Positions 34,607-42,800 of a stretch of 64,000 bases of DNA are shown here, piece after piece. The DNA is from Candidatus Peribacteraceae bacterium (GTDB lineage Bacteria > Patescibacteriota > Gracilibacteria > Peribacterales > Peribacteraceae), in NCBI GenBank assembly GCA_035547395.1, contig DASZVA010000014.1, positions 6,609-70,608 on the forward strand. Reading direction: 5' to 3'. The translations under genes and the position numbers were made by a program. Below the pieces are notes generated by a model. It saw only the letters and a list, made by a program, of their open reading frames with translations, did no database searches and was not told the origin of the DNA. Position 1 is the first letter of the stretch, and every line of letters starts with the position of its first letter.

Positions 34607-34972
34607 GTGGAATCGCTTTTTAGGCAAGCGCATATCGGTCAGGACCAAAGGATGAAAGCGTCAGAAGATATGCATCCGTGCGATGCCCCCATTTCTTTCC
34701 CATCTATTTCCATGAATACGACTGAGCAGACATGCGATTCGTATGTCATCGATACGTATAAATCCGTCGAGACCGGTACCTACATCCCCGGCGCAATCAC
34801 GTACTGCGGGAAAAAGAAACTCGAAGTCCTGCACTGGAAAGACCAGGAATGCGAAAGCCAGGATGAAGCCGACGCATTCGTCCACAGGCATTTCCATGCA
34901 TTGGACATCGCTGAGGCCGAAATTGCAGCCCAACCCGCCCTATACAGGACGCTTACGTCGCTGCGTACGTAA
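34607..34972 (+). CDS. hypothetical protein (start uncertain)
   Basis: The ORF occupies the gap between genes. No motif was recognised, and later in-frame ATGs are possible starts. Confidence 0.3.
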   Translation: MESLFRQAHIGQDQRMKASEDMHPCDAPISFPSISMNTTEQTCDSYVIDTYKSVETGTYIPGAITYCGKKKLEVLHWKDQECESQDEADAFVHRHFHALDIAEAEIAAQPALYRTLTSLRT

Positions 34973-34981
34973 GTGAGATTT

Positions 34982-35023
34982 ATGCTTGACTATTGTTTGA
35001 TTAATCAAGTATTATTCAAGCAT
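34982..35023 (+). promoter_or_regulatory. MarR promoter/operator: nested palindromes between -35 and -10, with a leaderless start
   Basis: The outer palindrome ATGCTTGA...TCAAGCAT (34982-34989 / 35016-35023) encloses the perfect 12-bp palindrome TTGATTAATCAA (34997-35008). The -35 is TTGACT (34986-34991) and the -10 is TATTAT (35010-35015). The ATG is at 35022. Confidence 0.6.
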
Positions 35024-35441
35024 GATCACTCTTTCACCACGTCTCAGTTTCTTTCTCGCTCTGACCAAGTCGGAATCCACTGCCACGCGCCTATTCGATG
35101 CGCGCTTGGGCGGCCTCAGCTTCAATGAATTCATCATGCTGTATCACCTCAGCCAATCGAAGAATGAAAAAATGCGGCGCATCGACCTGGCAGAGCGTGT
35201 CGGCCTCACCGCATCCGGCATCACGCGATTGATCGCGCCGATGGAGAAGATCGGTCTCGTGAAGAGGGAAGCGAGCGAGCATGATGCGCGCGTGAGCAAC
35301 GTCGCGCTCGCGCCGGGCGGCAAGCGCAAGCTTACAGAAGCGATGGAAGACGCCGAGCTCCTCGCCAAAGACCTCACGCAGTCCATACCGCAGAAGAAAA
35401 TAAGCGACGCAGCGGCATTGCTGGAGCAATTGGGGAAATAG
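35022..35441 (+). CDS. MarR-family transcriptional regulator
   Basis: 139 aa with a winged HTH (MRRIDLAERVGLTASGITRLIAPMEKIGLVKRE....DARV..V.L...G). Confidence 0.85.
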   Translation: MITLSPRLSFFLALTKSESTATRLFDARLGGLSFNEFIMLYHLSQSKNEKMRRIDLAERVGLTASGITRLIAPMEKIGLVKREASEHDARVSNVALAPGGKRKLTEAMEDAELLAKDLTQSIPQKKISDAAALLEQLGK

Positions 35442-35472
35442 CAAGTGTGCAGATATTAAGTAATCCAAAATT

Positions 35473-37104
35473 TCAGTTCACTTTTGGCATACTCATTTGC
35501 ACCAGTGAATCATTATCAATTGCACCGTATATCAAGCTCTTTTTCAGAAATCTAGGTTGCCATATTCTTTTGAATGCATTTTTACTGATCGCACTGTTGA
35601 GCACAGTATGATAGCCATCCAATTGTTGACCAACATATGCGATATTCGAAGCAGCGCTATCGAATGTTAAATCATCAATCGTTGAAAAGCTTGTCTCGTA
35701 CTGTTTGGTACATGGATCGATATTATTGATGGGTAATGTCGTACTATCCAATTCCGGTTCAATTGATAAATGGTATTGTGCAGACAATATGGAAGATATC
35801 GTTGGCAATGGTCCTATTGGAACCGCATTAAATACAAAATACCAACCTTTATTTACTACAAAGCAGGAATACACATCTGTTACTCGGTACATACTCTCAT
35901 CTTGATATGGCTTGCCATTCGCATTCCATTCCAACGACACAATTTTCCCATCCGATTTTCTTTTTGCAAGTTGCGCGAAAACGTCATTCTGAGGAACAAA
36001 GATAAAATTACTAAAGTATGAAAAATAATCCGAAACATCCGTCTCGGCATCATCGATAATTACATGACCGTTTGAAGAACGAAGATTATCGGGCATGTAT
36101 GCCATATCTTTACCGTCATCGCTAAATGCAATATCCATTGCATCAAAGTATTGCTGTTTTGTGGGATTTCCATTTAAAACAAACGGACCTTGCAACATTT
36201 TATAATCTATTCCAACCGCATAGTTTGAACCGTTTTGATCAAATGATATTGAAGATGGAATGTCACTATAAGATACTTTTTGTAAGACTATTCTCTTTTG
36301 CATTGTATTCGTTGCTACATCATGAATTTCAAAAATTACCTCATTATCATGCGATAAGGCAGTATAAAGGAGATATTTGGAATCGGGGCTAAAGCTCATA
36401 GAAAAAACCTTTAAAAACGTTTCACTGACTGTTGCATTATATCCGTCTAATCTGATCGTATCCGCATTCCCATCCGCATTTAGGTCGGCTTGGTTCGCAA
36501 TATACGCGTAGTGCTTCAGGTCATTACTGATGATTGGCATTCTTGCTGTCCCATATAAGTCATATCCATCTTTTGATACAACATTTCCACCTGTTCCGTA
36601 AAATGTAACCTCACCTTTGCTGACATGAATAACTGCAACTTTTGAATAGTCATTTGAATACTGAACTTCCCAGCAATCTACTATGGGAAATTCCGAATTG
36701 CATTTTGGAGAATTAGCGATGAATGAAGCGGTGAATAAAACTTTTTCTGTTTCTCCCTGCACTTTTCTAACTATACCAATTTTTGGATTACTGTCGGCCT
36801 TCATTACCACAGAAGATTGAGAGGAAGAATTTTGATCAGGTAGATTGGAATTGTGATATTGCGTGATCAAGAAACGATCTCTCAAAGAATGATAAAATCC
36901 ACCCTCAAAAAAATATGAATATGTGGATTGATATTTATTGCTGATAGCAGAATAAATATTCCAATAATTTTTGGAGAGATAGGTTGAAGAAAATTGATAA
37001 ACTCCAAATCCCACTATGATAAATATCAATAGTGCTGTAGTTATCGCCCAAATGTTTTTTAAAGGAATTAAGCGCATAAATAATACCAATAGTCTGCATG
37101 ACAT
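35473..37104 (-). CDS. membrane-anchored hypothetical protein, possibly a PD40/WD40-like beta-propeller
   Basis: The gene is strongly AT-rich. An N-terminal TM helix is followed by recurring ..S.D(G/S)K..AY.. strand motifs (DSKYLLYTA, DGKDMAYMP, DLKHYAYIA, ASNIAYVG). Confidence 0.5.
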   Translation of the reverse strand: MSCRLLVLFMRLIPLKNIWAITTALLIFIIVGFGVYQFSSTYLSKNYWNIYSAISNKYQSTYSYFFEGGFYHSLRDRFLITQYHNSNLPDQNSSSQSSVVMKADSNPKIGIVRKVQGETEKVLFTASFIANSPKCNSEFPIVDCWEVQYSNDYSKVAVIHVSKGEVTFYGTGGNVVSKDGYDLYGTARMPIISNDLKHYAYIANQADLNADGNADTIRLDGYNATVSETFLKVFSMSFSPDSKYLLYTALSHDNEVIFEIHDVATNTMQKRIVLQKVSYSDIPSSISFDQNGSNYAVGIDYKMLQGPFVLNGNPTKQQYFDAMDIAFSDDGKDMAYMPDNLRSSNGHVIIDDAETDVSDYFSYFSNFIFVPQNDVFAQLAKRKSDGKIVSLEWNANGKPYQDESMYRVTDVYSCFVVNKGWYFVFNAVPIGPLPTISSILSAQYHLSIEPELDSTTLPINNIDPCTKQYETSFSTIDDLTFDSAASNIAYVGQQLDGYHTVLNSAISKNAFKRIWQPRFLKKSLIYGAIDNDSLVQMSMPKVN

Positions 37105-37221
37105 ATGCTACGAAGACAAGAATGGTTTGCACATGTCGATTTTATTGAGATGAAGGTCAATATGCTCACATAGAAAAATTAGCCTATTCTGTGTACGCTA
37201 TTTGCGGATCTTTCCTCCAAA

Positions 37222-37298
37222 GGGCCAGTAGCTCAGTTGGTTAGAGCTCAGGACTTATAAACCTGCGGTCGATGGTTCAAATCCATCCTGGCCCACCA
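37222..37298 (+). tRNA. tRNA-Ile (anticodon TAT), CCA encoded
   Basis: GGGCCAG-TA-GCTC/AGTTGGTTA/GAGC-T-CAGGA/CTTATAA/ACCTG-CGGTC-GATGG/TTCAAAT/CCATC-CTGGCCC-A-CCA. The 31:39 pair is an A-A mismatch. Confidence 0.8.
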
Positions 37299-37397
37299 TT
37301 CTGTTTTTAAGAAGAAAGCCAATTTACGTTCATAGAAACACGAGTATCACAAAATATTGCTTTTCTGTAAAAAAAGCATTGAATACTCGTAACCTCT

Positions 37398-40130
37398 ATG
37401 CGACCGAGCGAGCATGTGAATGGAAACGGCAGTATCACCATACCCGCATCACGTGCCGAACGTTCGGAATCCGTCAGCGCACAAATAAGACAATTGGCGG
37501 GTGAGTTCAAGGTGAGGATGAATCATGATTCTCTGACTCCTGAATTTGTCGGTGAAGTGATTGCAGATTATCAAAACAGAGGTGTGCTTCATGATGCTTT
37601 TTCAATAGAGGCAATCCAGGCACTGAGCGAAATCGAAGGAATGCAAATGGATATCAGGGAAGCCGTAACACGACATGTGTCCGCTTTGCAGACAGTCGAA
37701 GATGTAATTGGCCAGGCACTCACACGCACGAGGGCAATCGATAGAGAGAAGTTTGAATATCGAAAACAATACTGTGATCCGAGAAAAAATTATCTGCTTC
37801 CTCAACGGGTCAAATCCGGAATTGTGGAAGTATATGATCTGCTGGCATCCACACCGGGAGCCCGGGAAAAATTTTTACTGGACTATCACTTTACGGAAGA
37901 AGAGATAATGGAGTGGAAGCAAAAAAAGGAAAGACGCTCAAATGGAGAAGGGGATAACGCGAGTCAAAAAACCGCACAACGCTCGATAGCAATGCCACCC
38001 GCTGTTCAAGCAAAAGCGGAGCAGAGAAATCCCATCGAACAAGCAATCTATGATGCGTTGCAGAACGTTGCCATTGACCATGCGTTATTCTGGAGACGTC
38101 GGAAAATGAATAATCTGATCAATGCCAAGCTCCCGAAATTCGTCAAAATAGGCGTGGTTCAGATTTTCGACGCCGTTGCCGGAACTCTCGGCTCACAGGA
38201 GTATTTGTTGGAACATTTCAAATTCAGACGTGAAGAGATCGAGATGTGGCGTCAGCTGTCGGAGCAATCTTCAGCAACACCCGTATCAGAAAAACAAATG
38301 AATACTGCGACACCATCGGAGACCGCACTCACTCTTCCACACGCCCAAGAGACATCGGTTGCAGCCGATGAAAAACCACGCCCGACAAATGTCTGCAAGC
38401 AGGCAATTTATGATGCACTGCAAACAATCGATATTCAGAATAAGCAGCGTTTCTGGAGACGCAGATATGGCGTCAGCTTTCCCAATGCCCGGCTGCATGA
38501 CGATATCAAAATAGGAATGGTTCAGCTCTTCGATGCCATCGAACAGACCCCCGGCGCACAAGAATATCTGCTGACAGTGTACAAATTCACACGAGAGGAG
38601 ATTGAACTTTGGCGCGGGTTGGCAGAAGAACCGTTGGCTGCGGCATCGTCAGAGCAGCTCGAAACCGTCGACGCACCAATAGACATTGCAGCGACGCAAG
38701 AAACGGATGAAGAGAACCCCGCATTCACTCAACCACAATCGCCGGTTACTATCGATGCAGCGAATGGCAATGTAGAGCCGGCGGAAGAGGCGCATGGTTC
38801 GGACAGCGACACGACGGCGATCATGGATATGCAGACGCCTGTCGATCCATCGTCGGAAGCGCCCGCGAGTGAACCCGAAAAATCACCGGGGAATGAAGGC
38901 AAGCCAGTCAGGACCCCCTACATCACGCGGCAACGTCTTCCATCTTTCATCTCCGCATCATCACCCGCACGAAGACCAAGCATCAAATCTCGCGACATAC
39001 TGAACAAGGACGTATTGCAGCGTGTCCACATGGTCGTCGAAGGGGACGAGCAGATGGAAGAGGCATGGCATCTCACGCAGCTGTACGCCAGGGGAAATAT
39101 GGTAATGCTCTATCGTGGCGAGCGCGGAACGGGCAAGGAACTGTTTCCCCGCGCGGTGCATCAACTCACAAAAAATGGAAATAAGTTTCTGGCCGTTAAC
39201 TGCGCCGGCTTCAATGATGGTGTCGTGGAGAGCGAGCTCTTTGGCCACGAAAAGGGCGCATATACCGATGCGAGAGTGGAGCGCGACGGAGCATTCGGCC
39301 ATGTGGCGGACGGAGGCACGCTGCTGCTCGACGAAGTCGGGGACATGCCGCTCAATCAACAGGCAAAGCTCCTGCGCGTTCTGCAGAACCGACAATTCAA
39401 TCGCGTCGGCAGCAACAAAATGATCGATATCTCTCCGCAGACCAAAATCATTGCGGCGACAAATCGCGATCTGGAACAATTGGTCGAGGATGGAAAGTTC
39501 CGCAGCGACCTCTACGACCGCCTGCGCGGCTGTCAGATTTTCATCCCGCCGCTTAGGGAAAGAGACGAATCTCATCGCCAAGCACTGGTGAAGCATTTTC
39601 TGAACACGATGCATAAAGCAGACTGCATCTTTAAGCTGAGCGACGATGCACTGCAGTATATGTTGCAACACGACTACCCGGGAAACGTCCGCGAGCTCAA
39701 GGACCACATCGAGCGTTCGTGCCTCATTGCACAATCAGATGTTTCCTTGAATGAACAATCGGTCACGCTCTCACTGGAACATGTCCGCATGGCGGAGGAC
39801 ATGTCGTCCGTGCAGATGCTGCGGCACGTTGCGCTCGGCAATAGAGAAGACTGGGCATCTTACTTTAATGGCGCATTGCAGATCTCCGAATCCTGTGATC
39901 CGTCAGACCCTGATCCCACCATCAACTTCACCGTGCGTTTGAGAGGAGTGGATCAAAATATCAAAGGAATTATGGAAGCAATGATGGTAAAAGTTTGCAG
40001 CGGTTTATTGGGTATTTGTGGAAACAATCAATCAGTGACAGCGGAAATTCTCGGCATCACCCGAGGAAGCTTGCGCAACAAACTAAGGATGAAGGATGTG
40101 TTTGAGGAAGAAGATCGGAAGGGGAAGTGA
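37398..40130 (+). CDS. bEBP-like AAA+ (sigma-54-interaction-domain family) protein with a triplicated N-terminal module, degenerate GAFTGA loop and C-terminal Fis-type HTH
   Basis: Walker A is GERGTGKE (aa 574-581) and Walker B is LLLDEVGDM. The stretch ESELFGHEKGAYTDA (GAYTDA at 39255-39272) replaces GAFTGA, and the R-finger region is IIAATNRDL...FRSDLYDRL. The HTH is NQSVTAEILGITRGSLRNKLR. Three ~73-aa repeats lie at about aa 104-176, 214-286 and 334-406. Confidence 0.8.
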   Translation: MRPSEHVNGNGSITIPASRAERSESVSAQIRQLAGEFKVRMNHDSLTPEFVGEVIADYQNRGVLHDAFSIEAIQALSEIEGMQMDIREAVTRHVSALQTVEDVIGQALTRTRAIDREKFEYRKQYCDPRKNYLLPQRVKSGIVEVYDLLASTPGAREKFLLDYHFTEEEIMEWKQKKERRSNGEGDNASQKTAQRSIAMPPAVQAKAEQRNPIEQAIYDALQNVAIDHALFWRRRKMNNLINAKLPKFVKIGVVQIFDAVAGTLGSQEYLLEHFKFRREEIEMWRQLSEQSSATPVSEKQMNTATPSETALTLPHAQETSVAADEKPRPTNVCKQAIYDALQTIDIQNKQRFWRRRYGVSFPNARLHDDIKIGMVQLFDAIEQTPGAQEYLLTVYKFTREEIELWRGLAEEPLAAASSEQLETVDAPIDIAATQETDEENPAFTQPQSPVTIDAANGNVEPAEEAHGSDSDTTAIMDMQTPVDPSSEAPASEPEKSPGNEGKPVRTPYITRQRLPSFISASSPARRPSIKSRDILNKDVLQRVHMVVEGDEQMEEAWHLTQLYARGNMVMLYRGERGTGKELFPRAVHQLTKNGNKFLAVNCAGFNDGVVESELFGHEKGAYTDARVERDGAFGHVADGGTLLLDEVGDMPLNQQAKLLRVLQNRQFNRVGSNKMIDISPQTKIIAATNRDLEQLVEDGKFRSDLYDRLRGCQIFIPPLRERDESHRQALVKHFLNTMHKADCIFKLSDDALQYMLQHDYPGNVRELKDHIERSCLIAQSDVSLNEQSVTLSLEHVRMAEDMSSVQMLRHVALGNREDWASYFNGALQISESCDPSDPDPTINFTVRLRGVDQNIKGIMEAMMVKVCSGLLGICGNNQSVTAEILGITRGSLRNKLRMKDVFEEEDRKGK

Positions 40131-40186
40131 GATAAGCGGTTTTAATACATCCAAATTCACAACTATCTAGAATTAATAATATATGT

Positions 40187-40192
40187 TATAAT
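40187..40192 (+). promoter_or_regulatory. extended -10 (TGTTATAAT) placed 6 nt before the GTG start, indicating a leaderless-type promoter
   Basis: The sequence is atatgTTATAATtatattGTG. Its architecture matches the promoter at 23251-23256. Confidence 0.5.
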
Positions 40193-40198
40193 TATATT

Positions 40199-40882
40199 GT
40201 GTTCAAGCGCACAGATTTGGCTGGGCTAACAAGTTACGATTCATTTTTTAACTATGATGACAGACAGTTCGAATATGCTTGCAAATACCTATTGGAGGAA
40301 ACCGCACAAGCGAAGTCCGTTTTTGTTACAAGCAAAGGTCCTAAGGGCGGGGATGGAGGTATTGATTTAAAAATACATCTAAAAGATGGACCCATTATCT
40401 ATGGGCAATGCAAACTTTGGAGGTCTCGCTACAGAGGACTTATTGCTACTATCAATCAATTGTCGGGTTGTTTGCGTCGCGACAAGATTGACAGAGGCAT
40501 ACTTATGATCACCGTCCCAGCAACCGACTACGAGAAAAGAGAAGCAGCCAAATGCGACATCGAGATTATTGATGCTCCCGCATTAGACGCACTGATCGCA
40601 CAATTACGAACTAGTAATCAGCCCGTTCTTTCCAAAGTATCCGCCGTTCAAAAGGTTTGCATAATTTTAAAATTCATTTTAATAGTCATTACATTTTTGC
40701 TCATCTGCATTGTTGCAGCACCATTGCTCTTGTTAATGCTACTACTTGCAGCCCTGGCATTTTCAGGAAACATATCCTCGGGTGGAGGCTCTAAATATTA
40801 TCGTAGGAATAGGCGACATAAGCGAAGGAGTTACAGAAAATATAGAGGAAAACGAACAACAAACGGATGGGGAGTGGCTTGA
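40199..40882 (+). CDS. Mrr-like restriction endonuclease catalytic domain (PD-(D/E)xK) fused to C-terminal TM helices and a poly-basic tail
   Basis: It has FEYACKYLLEE...GGDGGIDLKI....IYGQCKLW...GILMITVPATDYEKREAAKCDIEIIDAPALDALI. A ~45-aa hydrophobic stretch follows, then YYRRNRRHKRRSYRKYRGKR. Confidence 0.7.
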   Translation: MFKRTDLAGLTSYDSFFNYDDRQFEYACKYLLEETAQAKSVFVTSKGPKGGDGGIDLKIHLKDGPIIYGQCKLWRSRYRGLIATINQLSGCLRRDKIDRGILMITVPATDYEKREAAKCDIEIIDAPALDALIAQLRTSNQPVLSKVSAVQKVCIILKFILIVITFLLICIVAAPLLLLMLLLAALAFSGNISSGGGSKYYRRNRRHKRRSYRKYRGKRTTNGWGVA

Positions 40883-40970
40883 TGATAAGCATCAAATATA
40901 TTTCCACACACCTTTGACGATATTTTGTAGAACCGATGCGTAGGGTTGCGGCATACCCCCACACGGACCC

Positions 40971-41264
40971 ATGAGATTCTCACTCGCAGCCGTCACGGCC
41001 ACGTCGTTCCTCGTTGTAGCTCTCCCGATTGTCTCCCCGCTGGCAGAAGCCGCACCACCCACCCGGCCACTCGCTCCGCACGCGCACATGCTGGCACCCG
41101 TCACCGGGAATGATGATGCCCTGGACGACATCGACCTCCGCGAGGTGGATGATCGTGATGTGGAGGATGATACCACTGGTGATGTGCGGTTGAGGGAGGA
41201 GAGGGATGTGCGGGAGGATGGGGTTGGGGAGGGGGAGAGGAGAGGTGGGGTGGTAGGGAAGTAA
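40971..41264 (+). CDS. hypothetical small secreted acidic protein (doubtful)
   Basis: 97-aa ORF with a signal-like N-terminus (MRFSLAAVTATSFLVVALPIVSPLAEA). It sits in a GC-rich patch inside an AT-rich island. There is no RBS check and no recognised motif. Confidence 0.3.
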   Translation: MRFSLAAVTATSFLVVALPIVSPLAEAAPPTRPLAPHAHMLAPVTGNDDALDDIDLREVDDRDVEDDTTGDVRLREERDVREDGVGEGERRGGVVGK

Positions 41265-41363
41265 GATAAAATCGGTTATTCTCTTAACAATTGCCATTAT
41301 AAAAAGATGTGGCATTATTTATTTATATTTGTAAATTAATATTATCATTTATTCCGACAATTC

Positions 41364-42800
41364 ATGCGTGTTTTGTTAGACACAAACGTCATTATTCAAT
41401 CCGAGGATGACGTCGAGCTCTCGGAGCATGTGCAGGAACTCCATCAGCTCGCGCAGAAGCATGGCATTCAGCTGTGTGTCCATCAACAAAACAGGGCTGA
41501 CTTAATGAATGATCGAGATGAACGGAGACGACGAATCACAATTGGCAAGCTGGGTAAATACCCACAGTTAGAATTTAATCAGCAGCCCACCCCAGAATTT
41601 TTTGCAGAGATTGGAGCAGTGTCCACGCCCGGCACCAACGACTTCATCGATGATTGTCTATTGTTCGCATTAAAAAGCCACGCCACCAGCTACTTAATTT
41701 CTGAAGACAATGGCATCCATGCGAAGGCGCGAAGGATCGCCGGAATGGAAGATCGCGTGTTTTTCATAGAGGAATTCATTGAAATGGTAAGGGAGCAGTT
41801 TGAACAGGTTACGCCAATGCTGCCCACGATTGAAGAGGTTGAGATTAATACACTGAACGTCGATGATCCTATTTTTGATTCTCTCAAGGAAGATTATGAC
41901 GGATTCACAGATTGGTTTCATAGAAAGGCTGAAGAGGGCAGAAGGGCTTGGGTTATGAGACAGGGAACTGCATTAGCCGCAGTTTGCATCTTCGATCCTA
42001 GAAACAGGGACTGCGATGATGGCATGAAGCTATGCACCTTTAAAGCTTCTGATTTACTAAAAGGTCTGAGAGCGGGTGAGCATCTGCTCAAGCAGGCATT
42101 TTTTTTCGCCACCGAGCACGGCATTACCATGATGCGTGTCGAAGTATTCTCCGATAAAGAATACCTGATAGGCTGGTTTGAAGATTTTGGCTTCTATCAA
42201 ATTGCATCGAAGATGAAGAATGGCCGTACTGAATTGGTCTTCCAAAAAGACATGACGCCCATTACCACAAATGACGGAGCGCCACTGGCCTTAGCAAGAA
42301 AACATTTCCCCTTCCTTCCGGAACCACCATTTGTACGTGCATTTGTCATCCCGATACAGCCCGAATTCAGCAGTATGTTATTTCCGGAGCTCGCAGTACA
42401 AGGATCATTGTGGCTTTCGCCATGCGGTCATGCCATTACGAAAGTATACGTGTGTAATGCGAATACCACGGCTATCCGAAATGGCGACTTGCTGCTGTTC
42501 TACGAAAGTCAGACGAGGAGGGCGATCTTCGCTCGTGGAGTCGTGGATGATGTATTAAGAAGTTCGGATTCAGAGGAAATACTGACATTCATTGCAAAGC
42601 GATCCGTCTATACACAAGAGCACATACAGGAAAAGGCGTCTCGCGGCGGCGTGCTGGCCATCAAGTTTTATCAATCTTGTCTTCCAATCACCGACATCGC
42701 GTATCAATCTCTGGAAAGTATGCAAATCTTGAATGGCCCACCGCAGTCAATAGTTCAATTGAGCGACATGGAATACAGTAAGCTTCGACAACTACTATGA
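41364..42800 (+). CDS. three-domain fusion: PIN-like nuclease, GNAT-like acetyltransferase and ASCH/PUA-like domain
   Basis: The PIN-like region covers aa 1-145 (MRVLLDTNVII..., DDCLLFAL, ISEDNG). The GNAT-like core covers about aa 150-300 (DPIFDSLKEDYDGFTDWFHRKAEEGRRAWV...LLKQAFFFATEHGITMMRVEVF...WFEDFGFY). The C-terminal region resembles the downstream ASCH protein (FVIPIQPEFSSMLF...NGDLLLFYESQTRRAIFARGVVDDV). Confidence 0.65.
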   Translation: MRVLLDTNVIIQSEDDVELSEHVQELHQLAQKHGIQLCVHQQNRADLMNDRDERRRRITIGKLGKYPQLEFNQQPTPEFFAEIGAVSTPGTNDFIDDCLLFALKSHATSYLISEDNGIHAKARRIAGMEDRVFFIEEFIEMVREQFEQVTPMLPTIEEVEINTLNVDDPIFDSLKEDYDGFTDWFHRKAEEGRRAWVMRQGTALAAVCIFDPRNRDCDDGMKLCTFKASDLLKGLRAGEHLLKQAFFFATEHGITMMRVEVFSDKEYLIGWFEDFGFYQIASKMKNGRTELVFQKDMTPITTNDGAPLALARKHFPFLPEPPFVRAFVIPIQPEFSSMLFPELAVQGSLWLSPCGHAITKVYVCNANTTAIRNGDLLLFYESQTRRAIFARGVVDDVLRSSDSEEILTFIAKRSVYTQEHIQEKASRGGVLAIKFYQSCLPITDIAYQSLESMQILNGPPQSIVQLSDMEYSKLRQLL

